From Klebsormidium nitens (lineage: Eukaryota; Plantae; Klebsormidiophyceae): a stretch of DNA of 64,000 nucleotides. The DNA lies in NCBI GenBank assembly GCA_000708835.1, contig DF237468.1, positions 315-64,314 of the forward strand. Direction: 5' to 3'. The position numbers and the translations under genes are program-made. Position 1 is the stretch's first letter. The number at the start of each line of letters is the position of its first letter. Shown one piece after another: positions 25,036 through 37,600 of the stretch. The notes under the pieces are model-generated. The model saw nothing but the letters and a program-made list of their open reading frames with translations, did no database searches and was not told where the DNA came from.

Positions 25036-27846
25036 TCAGCGCTCGCGCCACGTGTTCACCGCCCACTTCCGTGCCTCTAACGCCAGGCACGTGCACATGT
25101 GGAAAACGACTCCCCGGACAACTTCGACAGGCTCCCCGAAAAGCCACAGATGCCGCGCCCAGACGTCGTATTCGCACTTGGGGGGGAAGACGCAGTTGCA
25201 CGCAGCCCACAGCAAGACGAGGAGACCCTCAGCACAGACCCCCCCCACCGCAGAGACGGTCGCAAGCTCGTGGTGTAGTTCGAGTGACTCCTCATCGTCG
25301 GTGTCCCAGTCGAGGGGCAGCTCCTCCTCCTCGGATCTGGGCAGATTGATCGTGTTGACCGTGAGTCAGGCAGAAAGTAGTGTTGTGCTAATGACTGGAC
25401 GTAATCGACGCGCGCACACGTGTTTTGCCTCCATTTTTTGAAGATCGGAACCGTTCAAGTAGGAGAATCTGCGGTCGGAGCAATCGATTTTTTTCAATGG
25501 TTTACGGGGCATATCAAAGGGTCTAATAAGGGCAAAGGGCTGCCAATGCAAGCCGAAGGGCAGTATCTTTGCCTTATTTCTGCGCTTCGCTTGAAGAACC
25601 TTGGGATGACTTGGATCTATGTGGAAAGACATCTCATGCGTCAGAGTAGTCACGTTCTAGGGCAAGAGAGCACCGGGAGGAGCATCCTAATGTACAAGAG
25701 ATATGATTCTACCAGAGAAATTTCTCACTCCTTGCAACTCTAGAGCGTGGGAAAGAGTGTCTTTTCCCGCCTTGTCGTGCCAACTTCCCGAGCAGCACGC
25801 TTTCCGTGGCACGCTATTACGCGGTGAGAAACGATACAAGCTTCTTGGTTATCGAACTTATCCAAGCCTCGAAGGAGCCCAATCCAGACTACAGAAGGAA
25901 GCCGGTCCGTACTCAACACTGCAAATCAGAGATTACGAAGAGTGAATCAGATTATCGGCCGGACTTACAGCAGGATCCTGCGCAGCAAGGTGTAATCTTG
26001 CGCCGCCTTCTTGAGAGACACCAGGTCCTGCGCGCAGGGAGTCAGCAGCGTGTATGCCCCTGCCAAGGCCAGCGCGAGCGCGTAACCCGCGGCCGGCTCC
26101 CCGCTCGCGCGCGCGCTGTCGCCCCAGTGCGCCCACACGTTGAGCGCGCACAGCCCCACGAGCGGCGCCTCGATCAGCAGCTTGGTGGCGTAGAGAACGC
26201 GCTTCTTATTTGCGGCCAAAAGCTCCAGGGCAACGTCACTGCGGGAACGGAGTCGAAGATACGGATGGTTCTGCGTCAGCTGACTCTATTTTTTCTAAAT
26301 CTGTGCTTTTTGGTCGGAAGTAAGCCATAACGTTGTTCTGCTTGAAGCACTCTGGATCCTTGCTTTAAAAGTTTGATAGACGCCATCGACATTTGCTGTG
26401 CGGGGAAGAATAAAGGGTAAAGATGGCAGGTCTGGTAACACAGTGAGACCGCACACTGTGATTTATCCTTTCGGAAGCGAACAGTTGCGGATTCTTAGAA
26501 AAGACGAATAATTTACACTCGACTCAAGATGTTCATCTTTTCTAAGAATTGGCAACTTTTCGCGGGTTCATAGAGAATGCTCTTAATCTCTATCTTCGTT
26601 CCGACCAAGTATTGGGGACCTCGACTTGTCCAAATGGATACTTTGAGCAGCAATCAAGAGCATGCCTCTGCGTTCCACTCGCAGCGTCCGTTGCCACCAA
26701 CTCTCTAATCTCGAGATAGCTAGAGTATCCTGTTGCTCAGGTACAGAATTCAAACAATGCTACTGCAGGTGCCGAGAAAGTGGCTGAGGCCTGGTTGTTT
26801 CAAATCAAAATTGGCAATCGATGCAACGGATTAACAGAGGGGATTATTGCTTACCTGACTGCGTCTTCCTGCTGCTCTCTTGAGGAGGAGCACGTCACTA
26901 TTCCGGTTCTCCATCTCTTCTGCCGCCGGGTATGAATCCTCGAAACGCGAAAAGTACCCTTCTGTGCTAGCCCATGACTTGCTCCACGAAACTCAGACGC
27001 GCTTGCTTCCTGTAGAAAAGCGATCCAATGAACCGTGCCTGAGTACCATGGCTTGCAGGAATGAAACAGTCAAAGCCATTGGAGAAAGCTCCTATGTATC
27101 CTGACATATTCTCAGGTTCTCAGGCAATTTGGTCCCAGAATCTCCAAGTGAGAATTGCTCAGAGCTCGTCTTTGCTGGCAAATGTATTGTCCTGTAGAAG
27201 ATCTATAATGCACCGAATAATCGAACCAAAATGAAAACATTTTAACCTACTAGGTGTCAGGTCGGAAGAAAAGAGGAAATTTGAGACTGACTGGCCTTGA
27301 GTACGAATTAGCACTTCTTGTAAAGACACAAAATGTCATTGAAACATCCTGGCCCACCGTTTGTGAAAATTTGATAGAGATTAGAAACCTTAACTACATA
27401 TGATGCATACCTTAATCTTCTAATCTCTATCGAGTTTTCACAAACGGTGGGCCTTGGAGATTCTTTGCAGTATTATTGCTCTGGCATGGGGATGAAGGTG
27501 ACTCCCACTATTTCCTAATTTTCAGATTCGATGCTCTGGGTTAAGGGATTCTGATTTTGTACACTGCATTAAAAGCTCTCCTCAAGATGATCATCCTAAC
27601 AGATCTACAAAGCATGCACGATTGAGTTCCGTCGCCCGCTGCAGATCCAAAAGCCATCTCGAGAACCAGCAAGCTGGTTGTATTGTGCTTCAGATGACGA
27701 ATTAGCACACTTTTTCAGTCGAAGAAACGTGCATGGTAAACCAAAGGACTTACCAAAACTCTTGTATCAAGCCTCTGCTCTCTCTTTGAGAAGCTCAAGC
27801 TGCTGAGGGAGCTCATAGGTGCGCAACAACGAGACACGCTTGCCAT
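25036..27846 (-). CDS. Uncharacterised putative plastid membrane protein, paralog 4
   Basis: Exons 27846-27754, 27009-26855, 26238-25969, 25336-25036, phases 0/2/2, open. MASVS start, RVLYATKLLIE, LDWDTDDE, CTCLALEARKW. Confidence 0.8.
27351..27453. repeat. Inverted repeat / hairpin (36-bp arms, 31-nt loop); MITE-like or small-RNA-precursor-like
   Basis: 27351-27386 is the reverse complement of 27418-27453 with 2 mismatches, both G:T on the + strand. Confidence 0.85.
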
Positions 27847-28817
27847 ACTCCTCGGCACCCACACTCCGCTCAAACTCCACTACTTTCACAGCCTTCGACC
27901 TGCAACTCTCTCAAATTGGATTAGCTGACGGAGAATAACTGAAGACATGAAAGCCTATGATGCTTTCGGTTGGAGTCCACACCGGCAGCAACAAAACGTA
28001 GGCCGCTCCGTCTTCGGACAAGCAGATCTGACCAGAAGATACAACTGCAGCTGCGTGCTGACCCTGATCTCCCCTGCTCTCCTAAAAGTGCCTCCCCAGA
28101 ACCTCATGCGCTTCGCGGACAAGAGTTCCTGGATGCCCAGAAGAAACACGCACTACGTTGTTGAAGGCTTTGGCAGGTGCAAGAGGCGCCCTGATCAATG
28201 GACTCGGTTTGCGCGCGCGCCGGCACGAGTCGTCGCGCTGTTGCTCTGCCTGCATCAGTCTTGTGACTTCTCGGTTTTGTCAAACATATCTTGACACTAT
28301 GCGCGTAAGGCAGACTTGCTCGGTCTAGTCTGCCTGCAAATGCTACGACATGCATGCGCGTCTCCATAACTCATGAGCCCCTCTCGAACGAGTGGATAAT
28401 CAAAGACCGAGTGTCAAGCCACGATTAACGGCAAGTTCCTTTGATTGGCTCCCACATCTTGGTGTATCTGTGCAAATTGTGCATGAGTCATGACGATCTC
28501 CGTCTCACAAAGAATCGCAGGCGAGCACGTTTCAAAGCCAACCGTCACTTTATACAAAACTCGCGTTGCATTGTTGCCCATTTGCGCAGCTCAATTTCAC
28601 ACAGGCGCCGCAAATTGTTCGAAGTGAAGTTTGCCCTTTGGGCTGCGTATAACAGAACGGGTTGATCACTGCCTTCCCTCAAAACGACTTTACTTGACCG
28701 TATGTAAAACTTGGAGGCGAGGTCAACTTTGACCTTCTGTCCGTAACATGCCTATCACGAAGCATCATCAAATGGTCTAGATAGAGCACCGGACGTTCGC
28801 AGCCTCGCCGGTCGCCT

Positions 28818-31800
28818 TCACCTCATTCCAAAGCCCTCCCACACGTCCGACTGCACAATAATCTCCAGCTGTTTGCGCATAGCGTATAAGGACTTATACT
28901 CGGGAAGAACCAGCTGATAGAAGCACGTATGGGCTGTCGGCAGCCCGTCTTGCGTGCCGCCTTTCCAAATGTGAAACTTAGACGGCAGCGCCGCGAATCC
29001 CGCCGGCGGCAGAAACTCCACGGAAGTGGCGAAGAAGAGAAGACGCCGGCGCTGTGGCGGAGTAAAGCCCTCGACGCACTGCCAGAACCACGTGACGTGG
29101 CGACACGTGGGCAATAAGTCGTGGTACTCGGTGTGCTTCTGCCAGTCGGCGATGGACAGGTCCTCCAGGTCCCCATCGAGCGGCCACCCAAAATTCTGGA
29201 GAGCGGATGACAGTTTTCGTGAGTAAGGCATATCCAGGACTGCTCTCGACGCCTCCGCCTTTCAAATGGTTCCTTCTCACACTGTTTCCGTACTTGGACA
29301 CTCGGTTGATTGAAACCATAAGGAGTTCAGACCGTCATGCAAAGGGGGAGCGGAGATGCAATGAGTGTACTGAGGTTTTCAATCGTTTCCTTCGGCTGCA
29401 AAGATTCTGCGTTCTTAGGCGCTCGTTCATAGGAGCACGTCCAGACAAAGTTTATGTACTCAAACACGCTTCGCTTCTCATCGATACGATGAGAAGTGAC
29501 AAGCGAGATAATTTCAGTGTTGGAACAAGAATAGTTAGCCTGCACCATCAGTGCTTGCAGATCTTATCAATGGTACTGAATGATACTTAACTTAAAACAA
29601 GCTCGCACAGATCGACATGAATGCGGAGGTCCATCGCCTTGACGCATTGGCAGCTGAACTCATCCGATCGAGGACAAAATTACAAAAATATTGAAGAAGT
29701 GGGCTGAACATTAGTGGAGGAATTACACGAGAAACAGATATAGGAGAAAAAGACCTTACGCAAACGAGTTAAGCAGGGACCGATTCACTCATGCCCAGCA
29801 CACCCCCGCCCTTGTCTAGCACAATATAGTCCCTTTTTCAGAGTCTGATTATTCCAGCCCACTTGAAGCCACCACTCAGAGGGAACCCACTCACCCCCCC
29901 GTTCAACGGCAGCAGAAACTCCCGCAGCGTCACTCCCTCTCTCAGCACGTCTCCAAGGCCCCCCGCCAGCGCGGCCGCCTGCTTCTCCACCGGGGTTACC
30001 AGCTGGGTTACGACCTTGCGCGCCACAAACCCCTCCCGGTTAGCGGCCGTAACTACGACGTCGCGGCCGCCTTCGCACAGCGGAACCTCCTCGGGCGCAC
30101 CCAGCCGCCGCTCGACGGTGCACACGAAGGGGAGGCTCGCGGCCGCCAGCTGCAGAAGAGACCAAAGCATGAGGGTGGAAGTCAGGAGTAGTAAGCGGCA
30201 AAGGTAAGAATTACCACCCTGGGACGGGCGGGGTTAAGTTTGGCGGTCTCAGTTCAGTACTTCAACTTCACTGCTTTGCTTGGTGTTTCTGAAACTTACT
30301 CATCCTGAATCCAAAAGTTGAGGCAAAAAAGCAAGATTGAGCCTGTTCTGATCAGAACCTTCTTCCGTTCTGCCAACTGCGTTGTAGTTCGCGATGGGTG
30401 CTTTCCTTTCTTTTGGGTTCTCATTCTCACATGACGCTTGAAGGTTGCAATATCGTGAATACCAAACGTTCTAAGCTCAACGATGTGGACCGCACAAGGG
30501 GCTTGTTACCTTATGCTGCGGAAAGCGCGATCGCGGGCTTCAAAACAAAATTCTTTTCTTTGCAAAAAGGTTTCAAAGCTCCGATCTGCAGGCCTGAATA
30601 CCAAGATAGCTTATACAATGCTCCTTTCGCAGTCCGTTCCCGAGTTCTCGCTTCTTTCAATTGTCGTCTCCTCTCACGAGTCGTACTGAAGCGACCACAT
30701 CAAGGGACGTACAGAGATAGCGCAGGTAGAAAGGCGTGACGACGACAAACCAGAAGAGCGGACTGAACACAAGCAACCAGATCCATCAAGTCCATCAAGA
30801 TCTCTGTTTGCTTCAATAGCGATGGGAGGCATCTTGCATGAGAAGCGAGAGACGTCAAAAAGTTCCCAACATTGCGAACACGTAGGCCGTCTTTCAAAAG
30901 TTGAATGTGCTCCTTCCTCAGATAAGCCTCTCACCTCCGCATCGTCCATCTCCAGCAGCCGCGAGCAGCTCGCGTACAGTTCGGGGTCCGCGTCCTGGAC
31001 GCTTCTTAGCAGCGTCCGAGCGTCCGCATCCTCCAACGGGCCCAGGAGCACAGCGCATAGGATCGATGAAAAGCGGACGCCCAGCGGCGTGCCGTTGGCC
31101 ATGGCCAGTCCGAGGAGGCGTCCGCAGAGCGCGAAGTGCGCGAGGTGTCCGGGGTTGATGTCGGACGCGGGGTTTATGTGGAAGCGGCGGCGGTCGCGCG
31201 GGGAGGGCGCGAAGAGCGCGGCCGCGGGGTCGAAGAGGGCGCGGCTGACCTGGCGGGGGAAGAGATCCTGCGAGTCTTCTGAGCCGATCTTGTGCGCCGG
31301 CAATACCAAGACGAGATGTGGATACAATCGATTCGCTAATGGGGATAGAAGCGAACCCTTTGGCGACTATTTCTAAACGGTAAGGAATAAAGAGGTCGGA
31401 CTACGGTCTCGTGTAGGCAAGAGGGGCGAAAGTGAGTGAGGGCTGGGGGCTATTGGTCATAAGAATGGTGTGAGACGGGGGCTTAGCATTTTGAGGAAGA
31501 TTAAGAGGGAAAGAAGGATGGAAGTGAAAACGATGGGAAGTAAGACAGGGTCTTGCAGCAGATTGGGCGACGGATTCGAGAATCCAAAAGTATCCGAAGA
31601 TCCTCAATACTTTCGAAGTGAACACAAGTAGACGATTGTTTAGAAACACGCACACAACAGTGTCGAGTATTCTTCTTGTTAGCCATCCATAGAGACAAGA
31701 GTTGCAAACACAACCCGAGCTCCTCACCTTATAAGAGGTCATCGGGAGTGCTGGCTGTGATTCCGGATGCAAACACGACGGGCAAACCATCTGAACCACC

Positions 31801-34144
31801 GTTGCAAAATCACGCAAAAACGTAGAAACGTTGCGAATGATAAACGTCAGCCAGGTCTGGGGGAAGTGCTTCTCTGGCCAGTTTTCAAATTGGTTCACGA
31901 TCCAAATCAGACAAGCACATTCTCGAGTCCTCACCAAAGTGAAGAACTCGCGCAGAAGCCCCGGGCCCGCCCCGTCCTCCTCTTCAAAATGCACCGTCAG
32001 CCCGCCGGCCAGCCGCTCCTTTGGGACGTCCGCCAACTGCTCCAGAGCGTCCGAAAGCAGTCCGGGGCCCCGCGCGACTGCCACGTGGAACGGAGTGTCG
32101 TCCGTTCTCGCCACGCAGAACCGCACCCACTGCTGCTGTGTCTGCGGCGCAAGTTTCGGTGCGAAGGAGGGGACAGCGCAAAGCGCCTGGAGAAGAGTGG
32201 GTTCGCTGGCGCGTGCGTGTAAGCTATTGGCTTCGCATAAGCTATCGGCCTGCAAGGCGCCGGCGGTCGCGAGGTCGAGGCGTATGAGCTGGTCGACGAG
32301 CGCTCCCCGGGACTCGAGAAATAATACGAAGCGGTTTTCAAGGAGGGGCGTGATGGCGACCATTGCAGCTAGCGCGCAGAGCAGAGCGGTCGCCGGACGG
32401 GCGTTCGTCTCGGAACAAACGGTTGAATCCAACGCAGGGATGCTTCAGCGCCGACGTAAATGTGCTCCGCCAACGGGCGCCCCGGGCTGACGAAGGGCCG
32501 TATCTCAGCGACAGCTTCTTCCAAAATGTCCTTGCCAATTTTGGGTCCAAGAGATTGTAAGAACGCGCAGCAAGCACGCAAAGCGTCAGCCGCGGGATAC
32601 GGCCCCAGTCCGTTGCTCTTTGTCACCACTGGGGCTGTTGCCTGGGGTGGTTCCCTTTTCCAAGTCAACTTCCTGAAAACAAACCAGCCCTTTTTCTTGG
32701 GGGCCGGGGGCTGCTCCGGCGTCGGAGACTCGAGGGACAGCTGGTTTCGGACGGTCCGAATGAGGGTGCAAAACAATTGGACGGCGATCCTGTTGCTGGC
32801 GTCCGAATGCTGACCGTGGGAAAGCACGCGGCGCAGAGCGGCCGTCAGGAGGGATGCGTTTTCGGACAAATTGATTCGGACACCAGGGGCGGCCAAATCC
32901 TTCCAAAAGCGTCCGACAGCATCCGAATGCCCGTGGCTTAGCAGGGGCGGCTCCTGGAGTGACCAGAAGAGAGGTCCTGCCACGTGGAAGACTGTGGACC
33001 GCAGGCCGGAGGCGCAGCTTTGCAGAATGTGGATGATGCACTGCTGTACGGCGATCACACTGCGAGCAACAGAGCGCCGTCAGATGAAACTCAGAAAATA
33101 AGACAGGAAATGGATAAGCTTTGACTTTCACAGAAAGCTCAACCGAAGGAAATACCTGCTCCGCACCCTTACCCACCCCAAACATAACCCTGTTCGTCCC
33201 AGTGCGGTTACCGTATCCTGATATTCTCTGCTGGCAACCAGCACATAGCTTAAAACACATGCATCATAACCTGGTTCCTCAGAACTGCAAGCCTTTGAAC
33301 ACATCTAACATTCACACATTGTTTGGTCCTCGCATACATTCATCTTATTCTGAGACCACAGCGAGTCAAAAAGGATCCCCTTCCCCATTCGAAGACTTGG
33401 CCACCTCAGTTTCCAAGCCAGTCTGTAGAATGAGACATGCACAGGCTAGAACAGCTGTGGTCTGTTCGGCGCAACAAAATTCTCCCATCATTGAACAACA
33501 CGTCCAGTGGATTAACCCCATGGCTCGCTTGAGCAAAGAAAGGAAGATGAATAAATATAGGGGGAAGACCTTGTTCAAAGGGCCAATACTTGTGAACAAG
33601 CTTGCCTTGCTCTCGCTCACCTCGCCTCTGGATGCTTCACAGTGTGTCCCAAAACGCACCCCGCCAGCTGGGCTACCCCCCCTTCCTCGAGCATGATCTG
33701 CCCCAAGAGTTGCTGCTCGCTTGCAATGCATTCCTTGTTCACAGTTTCAAGAAAGTCTTTGAGCCACTTTGGCAGCTCGGACATTTCAGCTTTGCCCCCC
33801 GCGAGCGCATCTTTGCAGCAGTCACGGACTCGTCGGAACAGCTCGAAAGCTCGCTGCCAGCCTTTGCTTCTCCAGTTCCGGAGGCATCCGGTCAAATGCA
33901 GAGTGTCCAGATTTTGGACACCACTTTGCTCCAGAGTTCGTTCCAACGGCACAAGCCTGTTTTTATACTTGACCTGCACCTGGCAGACCACCGAGCGGGG
34001 CTCGTCGTGCAGCGCTGTTCTGATGACGTCAGTGATGCAGATTTTGGGGTCCATACGCAGCACACGGGTCGCGCCGTCGAGGTTTTTGACGAAGAATTGC
34101 AGGACTTGCACACTTGGATTGCCAGACGTCATTTGGCCGGCCAT
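28818..34144 (-). CDS. UPL5: HECT E3 ubiquitin ligase with N-terminal ubiquitin-like domain (UPL5-like)
   Basis: N-terminal QFFVKNLDG...GVQNLDTLHL (Ubl), HECT start HFEEEDGAGPGLLREFF, WFWQCVEGFTPPQRRRLLFFATS, catalytic LPTAHTCFY, ending EGFGMR*. First in-frame ATG is at 34144. Confidence 0.88.
33153..33212 (+). repeat. Dispersed C-rich intronic element, copy B (UPL5 intron)
   Basis: TACCTGCTCCGCACCCTTACCCACCCCAAACATAACCCTGTTCGTCCCAGTGCGGTTACC. Confidence 0.8.
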
Positions 34145-34659
34145 GTCCGCATGCGGTGCGACGACGTGCTCGCAGCGGCCGCGGCTCCTTGCAAGAGCGA
34201 AAGCAAAGCCAGCACTCCCCTTCAGCTCATGTGCGGGGTTCCAAATCACGTCTGGACTCTTTGTGATCTACCTTCAACTTGAAGATCAAGACGTGACTAT
34301 GTACTGAATCAGGCTACTGCTGGTGTTTGTTCAAAAACCCTGTTCACTCTTTCTCCCTGGGTGATCCCCCAGTGTGATTCCTTCCGGTGAGATCATGCGA
34401 TGTGAACCGTCCGATTCAATCCCAAAACCCTCAACCCCCGGGCCCGGTGCCGACCGGACTCCCCGCGAACGTCGAGTCCGAGTCGAGGCTAGCTGCCGCG
34501 CACGCGCGCGGCAGCCGGCCGCTATATCCCTTTCAAACCCCTAGTAACGGTTTGAATATTCTGATATTCCGTGACGCCTGAACTTGAACGATTGAAGCGG
34601 AAAGTTGATTAAAGATTCAGAAGATTTCTACTGAAGGACGCTATTCGTCTTCCGCTGCC

Positions 34660-37600
34660 ATGGCCTCGGCGCAGGCCCGGCGGCGTTGCCTGGCGCTGGT
34701 GGCACATGTTTGGGGACGGCCAGGGGCCGTTGCCGAGGCGGGGCGACTCAGCCACGGCGCACGGCAATCGCACAAAGCCCTGAGCGGTTCATTGCGCCGG
34801 GACCCTTTTACGGTGAGCAAACAAAGTCTCCTGGGGATTACATAGAGCTGAGCAAGCTCAAGCGCAAGTGCACCACCGTTTTGATTGCCACCTGTCGTAC
34901 TTCTGATTTTGGAGACCGGGCTTTGTGTCTTTTCGTGCGGATCTGGAATGCTGCAACTGTGGGCGGGTTTGAGGTTCCATCTCTTGCGCAGGATGGGCTC
35001 GGTCAGTTTCATACGAGGGGCTTCGCGAGCGTTTCGGCGCAACCCACCGGGGAGCCAGAGGCGGCTGAGACCCCGGTGGGGCGACAGTACCCAGGTATGT
35101 GCATGAGGGCGCCTCGGCTAGGTCCACCTAATACCTGTTTCCTCAGAGGTCTGGTTAGCCGCGCTTATGATAGATCTCGCTGAATCTGGCGGAATCAGGC
35201 TGGGTAGAGCATTTATGCAGACAATTGACGCCGTTGGGAGTTGCTTTTTGACAATGGTGGTATGGTAGTGGTAATGACCGTTTGCAAGTAATAGATCGGT
35301 CTCAGTGAAGTTGGTTGCTTTGCCGTTCTTCAGATGGCACCACCTTTTCTTCATTTGCATAGTCATGATTATTTTTGTCATCAGGGTCTGAAATGCCGTG
35401 GCCAGTAGTTCTTCCTTAACTCACCGTGCGCATGCTTCACAAAGTACTCTTTTGTTGTTCTCTTAAAAAGAACAATCCACCAAGAATTGCCCAAGTTTAT
35501 GATAAAAAGCACGAGAGAATGGCAAAAACCAACCAACCCTTAATCATATGGTACTCACCACTCTGGACCTTATTCAAGGGGTATACAGCCTTATAAGTTG
35601 AAACTCTTTTGCACCACCGCACCATCAAGTGCACGACCGATAATCGCCCCCTATTTCCACCCCGAGGAGCACTTTTTTGCAAGCCGCCGGGCAGTTAAAA
35701 TGGGGATGGCGCCCGGCAAGAGTGGTGCCTTCGTCTCAAACATGCACTATTCTACTCCTTGGCAACCGCGTTACATCGTTCTGATGACTCAAACACGACC
35801 TCCTCATCATCCTGACCCGACTCTTCCCTTGGAGTTCTTTCTTCCTCAGCCGTTGGGCAGTCGTTCAAAGAGACGGCGCCAATCGAGGGCGGCAGTCTCA
35901 CTTTGGAGACGGGCAAGCTGGCGCGCTTGGCGGACGCAGCGGTGGTGGTTGGTTTCAATGAAACTAAAGTGCTGTGCACAGCGATTGCAAGCAGACGCAT
36001 GGATTCTGCCCAGTCGTTTCTTCCGCTCACGGTGAGTCCTAGAAGGCAGACTTTTCTAGAATAGATCTAGTAAGCTCAAGTTATAGTAAGAACAAGCTAA
36101 CAAATGAACACCCGTTCCGCACTTGTACCCACCCTAACCTCCATACCAACCCTACCCGTCCCAGTACTAAAACTAGAGCTTACCATGATCATTCTGGAGA
36201 ACGATCTAAAACGCTGCTCATCTCAACGAGATCTGCAGGTAGCACAACGACATGATAGTCTCCCTTCATGATGGGCACAAAAGTCATGGGTGGGGAGATT
36301 TAAAAGCTGTCTCTCGAACGATATCAAAGCGCCCCGGTTTGACAAGAAGTGCTCGCCAGAGCCGAACGAAGGAACACTGTGCTCGTCAGACACGAAGAAC
36401 TGTTGTCAAGACCACAGAATCTCTCTTTCTGAGGGGACTGAGGAGCTCTACTGACACATCAACAAAAGCCAGTTTTGAGTGACTACTCTATGTGTGTCAA
36501 GGGTGGGCTTTGGCACTGCTTGACATTTGATCGCGGGAGTAAAGCCTGTGCGCCTGCATAGCGTCAACTCACAAGATGGAGTAAAGAATGAAAGATTCTA
36601 GATCCTTAAGGTTCTGCGTGACAGCCGTCATGAAGATGCAGAGGGCGACAACGCCCGAGCTGGTGTGCACAGATCAGCGCAAGACTCTGCGCTAATCATT
36701 CATATTGCGTTATGAAGTAACGGCTCGCTGACCCACTTTTGGCAGGTTGACTACCGGGAGAAGGACTACGCCCAAGGCAAGATTCCGGGGGGCTATTTCC
36801 GCAGGGAGGGTGCCCCCCAGACGCGGGAGCTCCTGTGCAGCCGGCTGATCGACCGGGCGATGCGGCCGCTCTTCCCTGAGGGCTTCTACTGCGAAACGCA
36901 GGTGAGATTGCCACGAGATCGTTTGTCCTCTTCGCTCTTTCGAGCTTCCCTTTTGTTTGCGGGTAAATCGGGATGCGTCTGATCAGTGTCCAAGTCAAAC
37001 TCGACGGCAACAGTTAAGCGGGTCAGCGAGGGATTAGACGAAGACTCCAGGGTGGGGTGATACTGTACCGGTGGTGGGCCGACAGTATAGACCAATCTTC
37101 CGTCCTGACATACGCAACGGTGGTGCTATTAATCAGTTGAGCGATCCCTGCAACAGGATCCAGTGGACAATTAAGAGCACTTGAACCCTTGCAAAGCGCC
37201 TTAAAGTCGTCACCGCCAAATGAAAATAGTAAATGTACAAGGTTTACTCGCTAGGAGGACGAGAAGATGCTTATCACCAACAATGACGTCAGCACATTAT
37301 GAGTCGCTGAAACTGACGGCCGACACGTTACGTCGCAGCTGCTGGCCAACGTGCTCAGTTTGGACGGCTCCCAAGATCCGGACGTCCTCGCGATCAACGG
37401 CGCGTCCGCCGCTCTCACCATTTCGGACATCCCCTGGAACGGGCCCGTCGGGGCGGTCCGAATCGCGCGCATCAACGGCCGGTTAGTGGTTAACCCGGGG
37501 TTAGAGGACTGGGGCAAAACGGATCTGAGCTTGGTTTATGCGGGCACAGAGCGGGATTGCGTGATGATGGACGTGCAAGCGAAGGAGATCAGCAACGAAG

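Noticed and set aside
13857-25967. Apparent stop codons ending the RALYATKLLIE ORFs, suggesting two separate genes per unit
   Set aside because: In all four copies the TGA/TAA lies inside a GTGAGT/GTAAGT donor at phase 2 that matches the next exon.
27750-27895. Second apparent TGA-for-Trp (AEA*YKSF), suggesting codon reassignment
   Set aside because: Wrong frame; the MASVS frame is open and gives a 31-codon exon 1. All other genes use TGG for Trp and TGA as stop.
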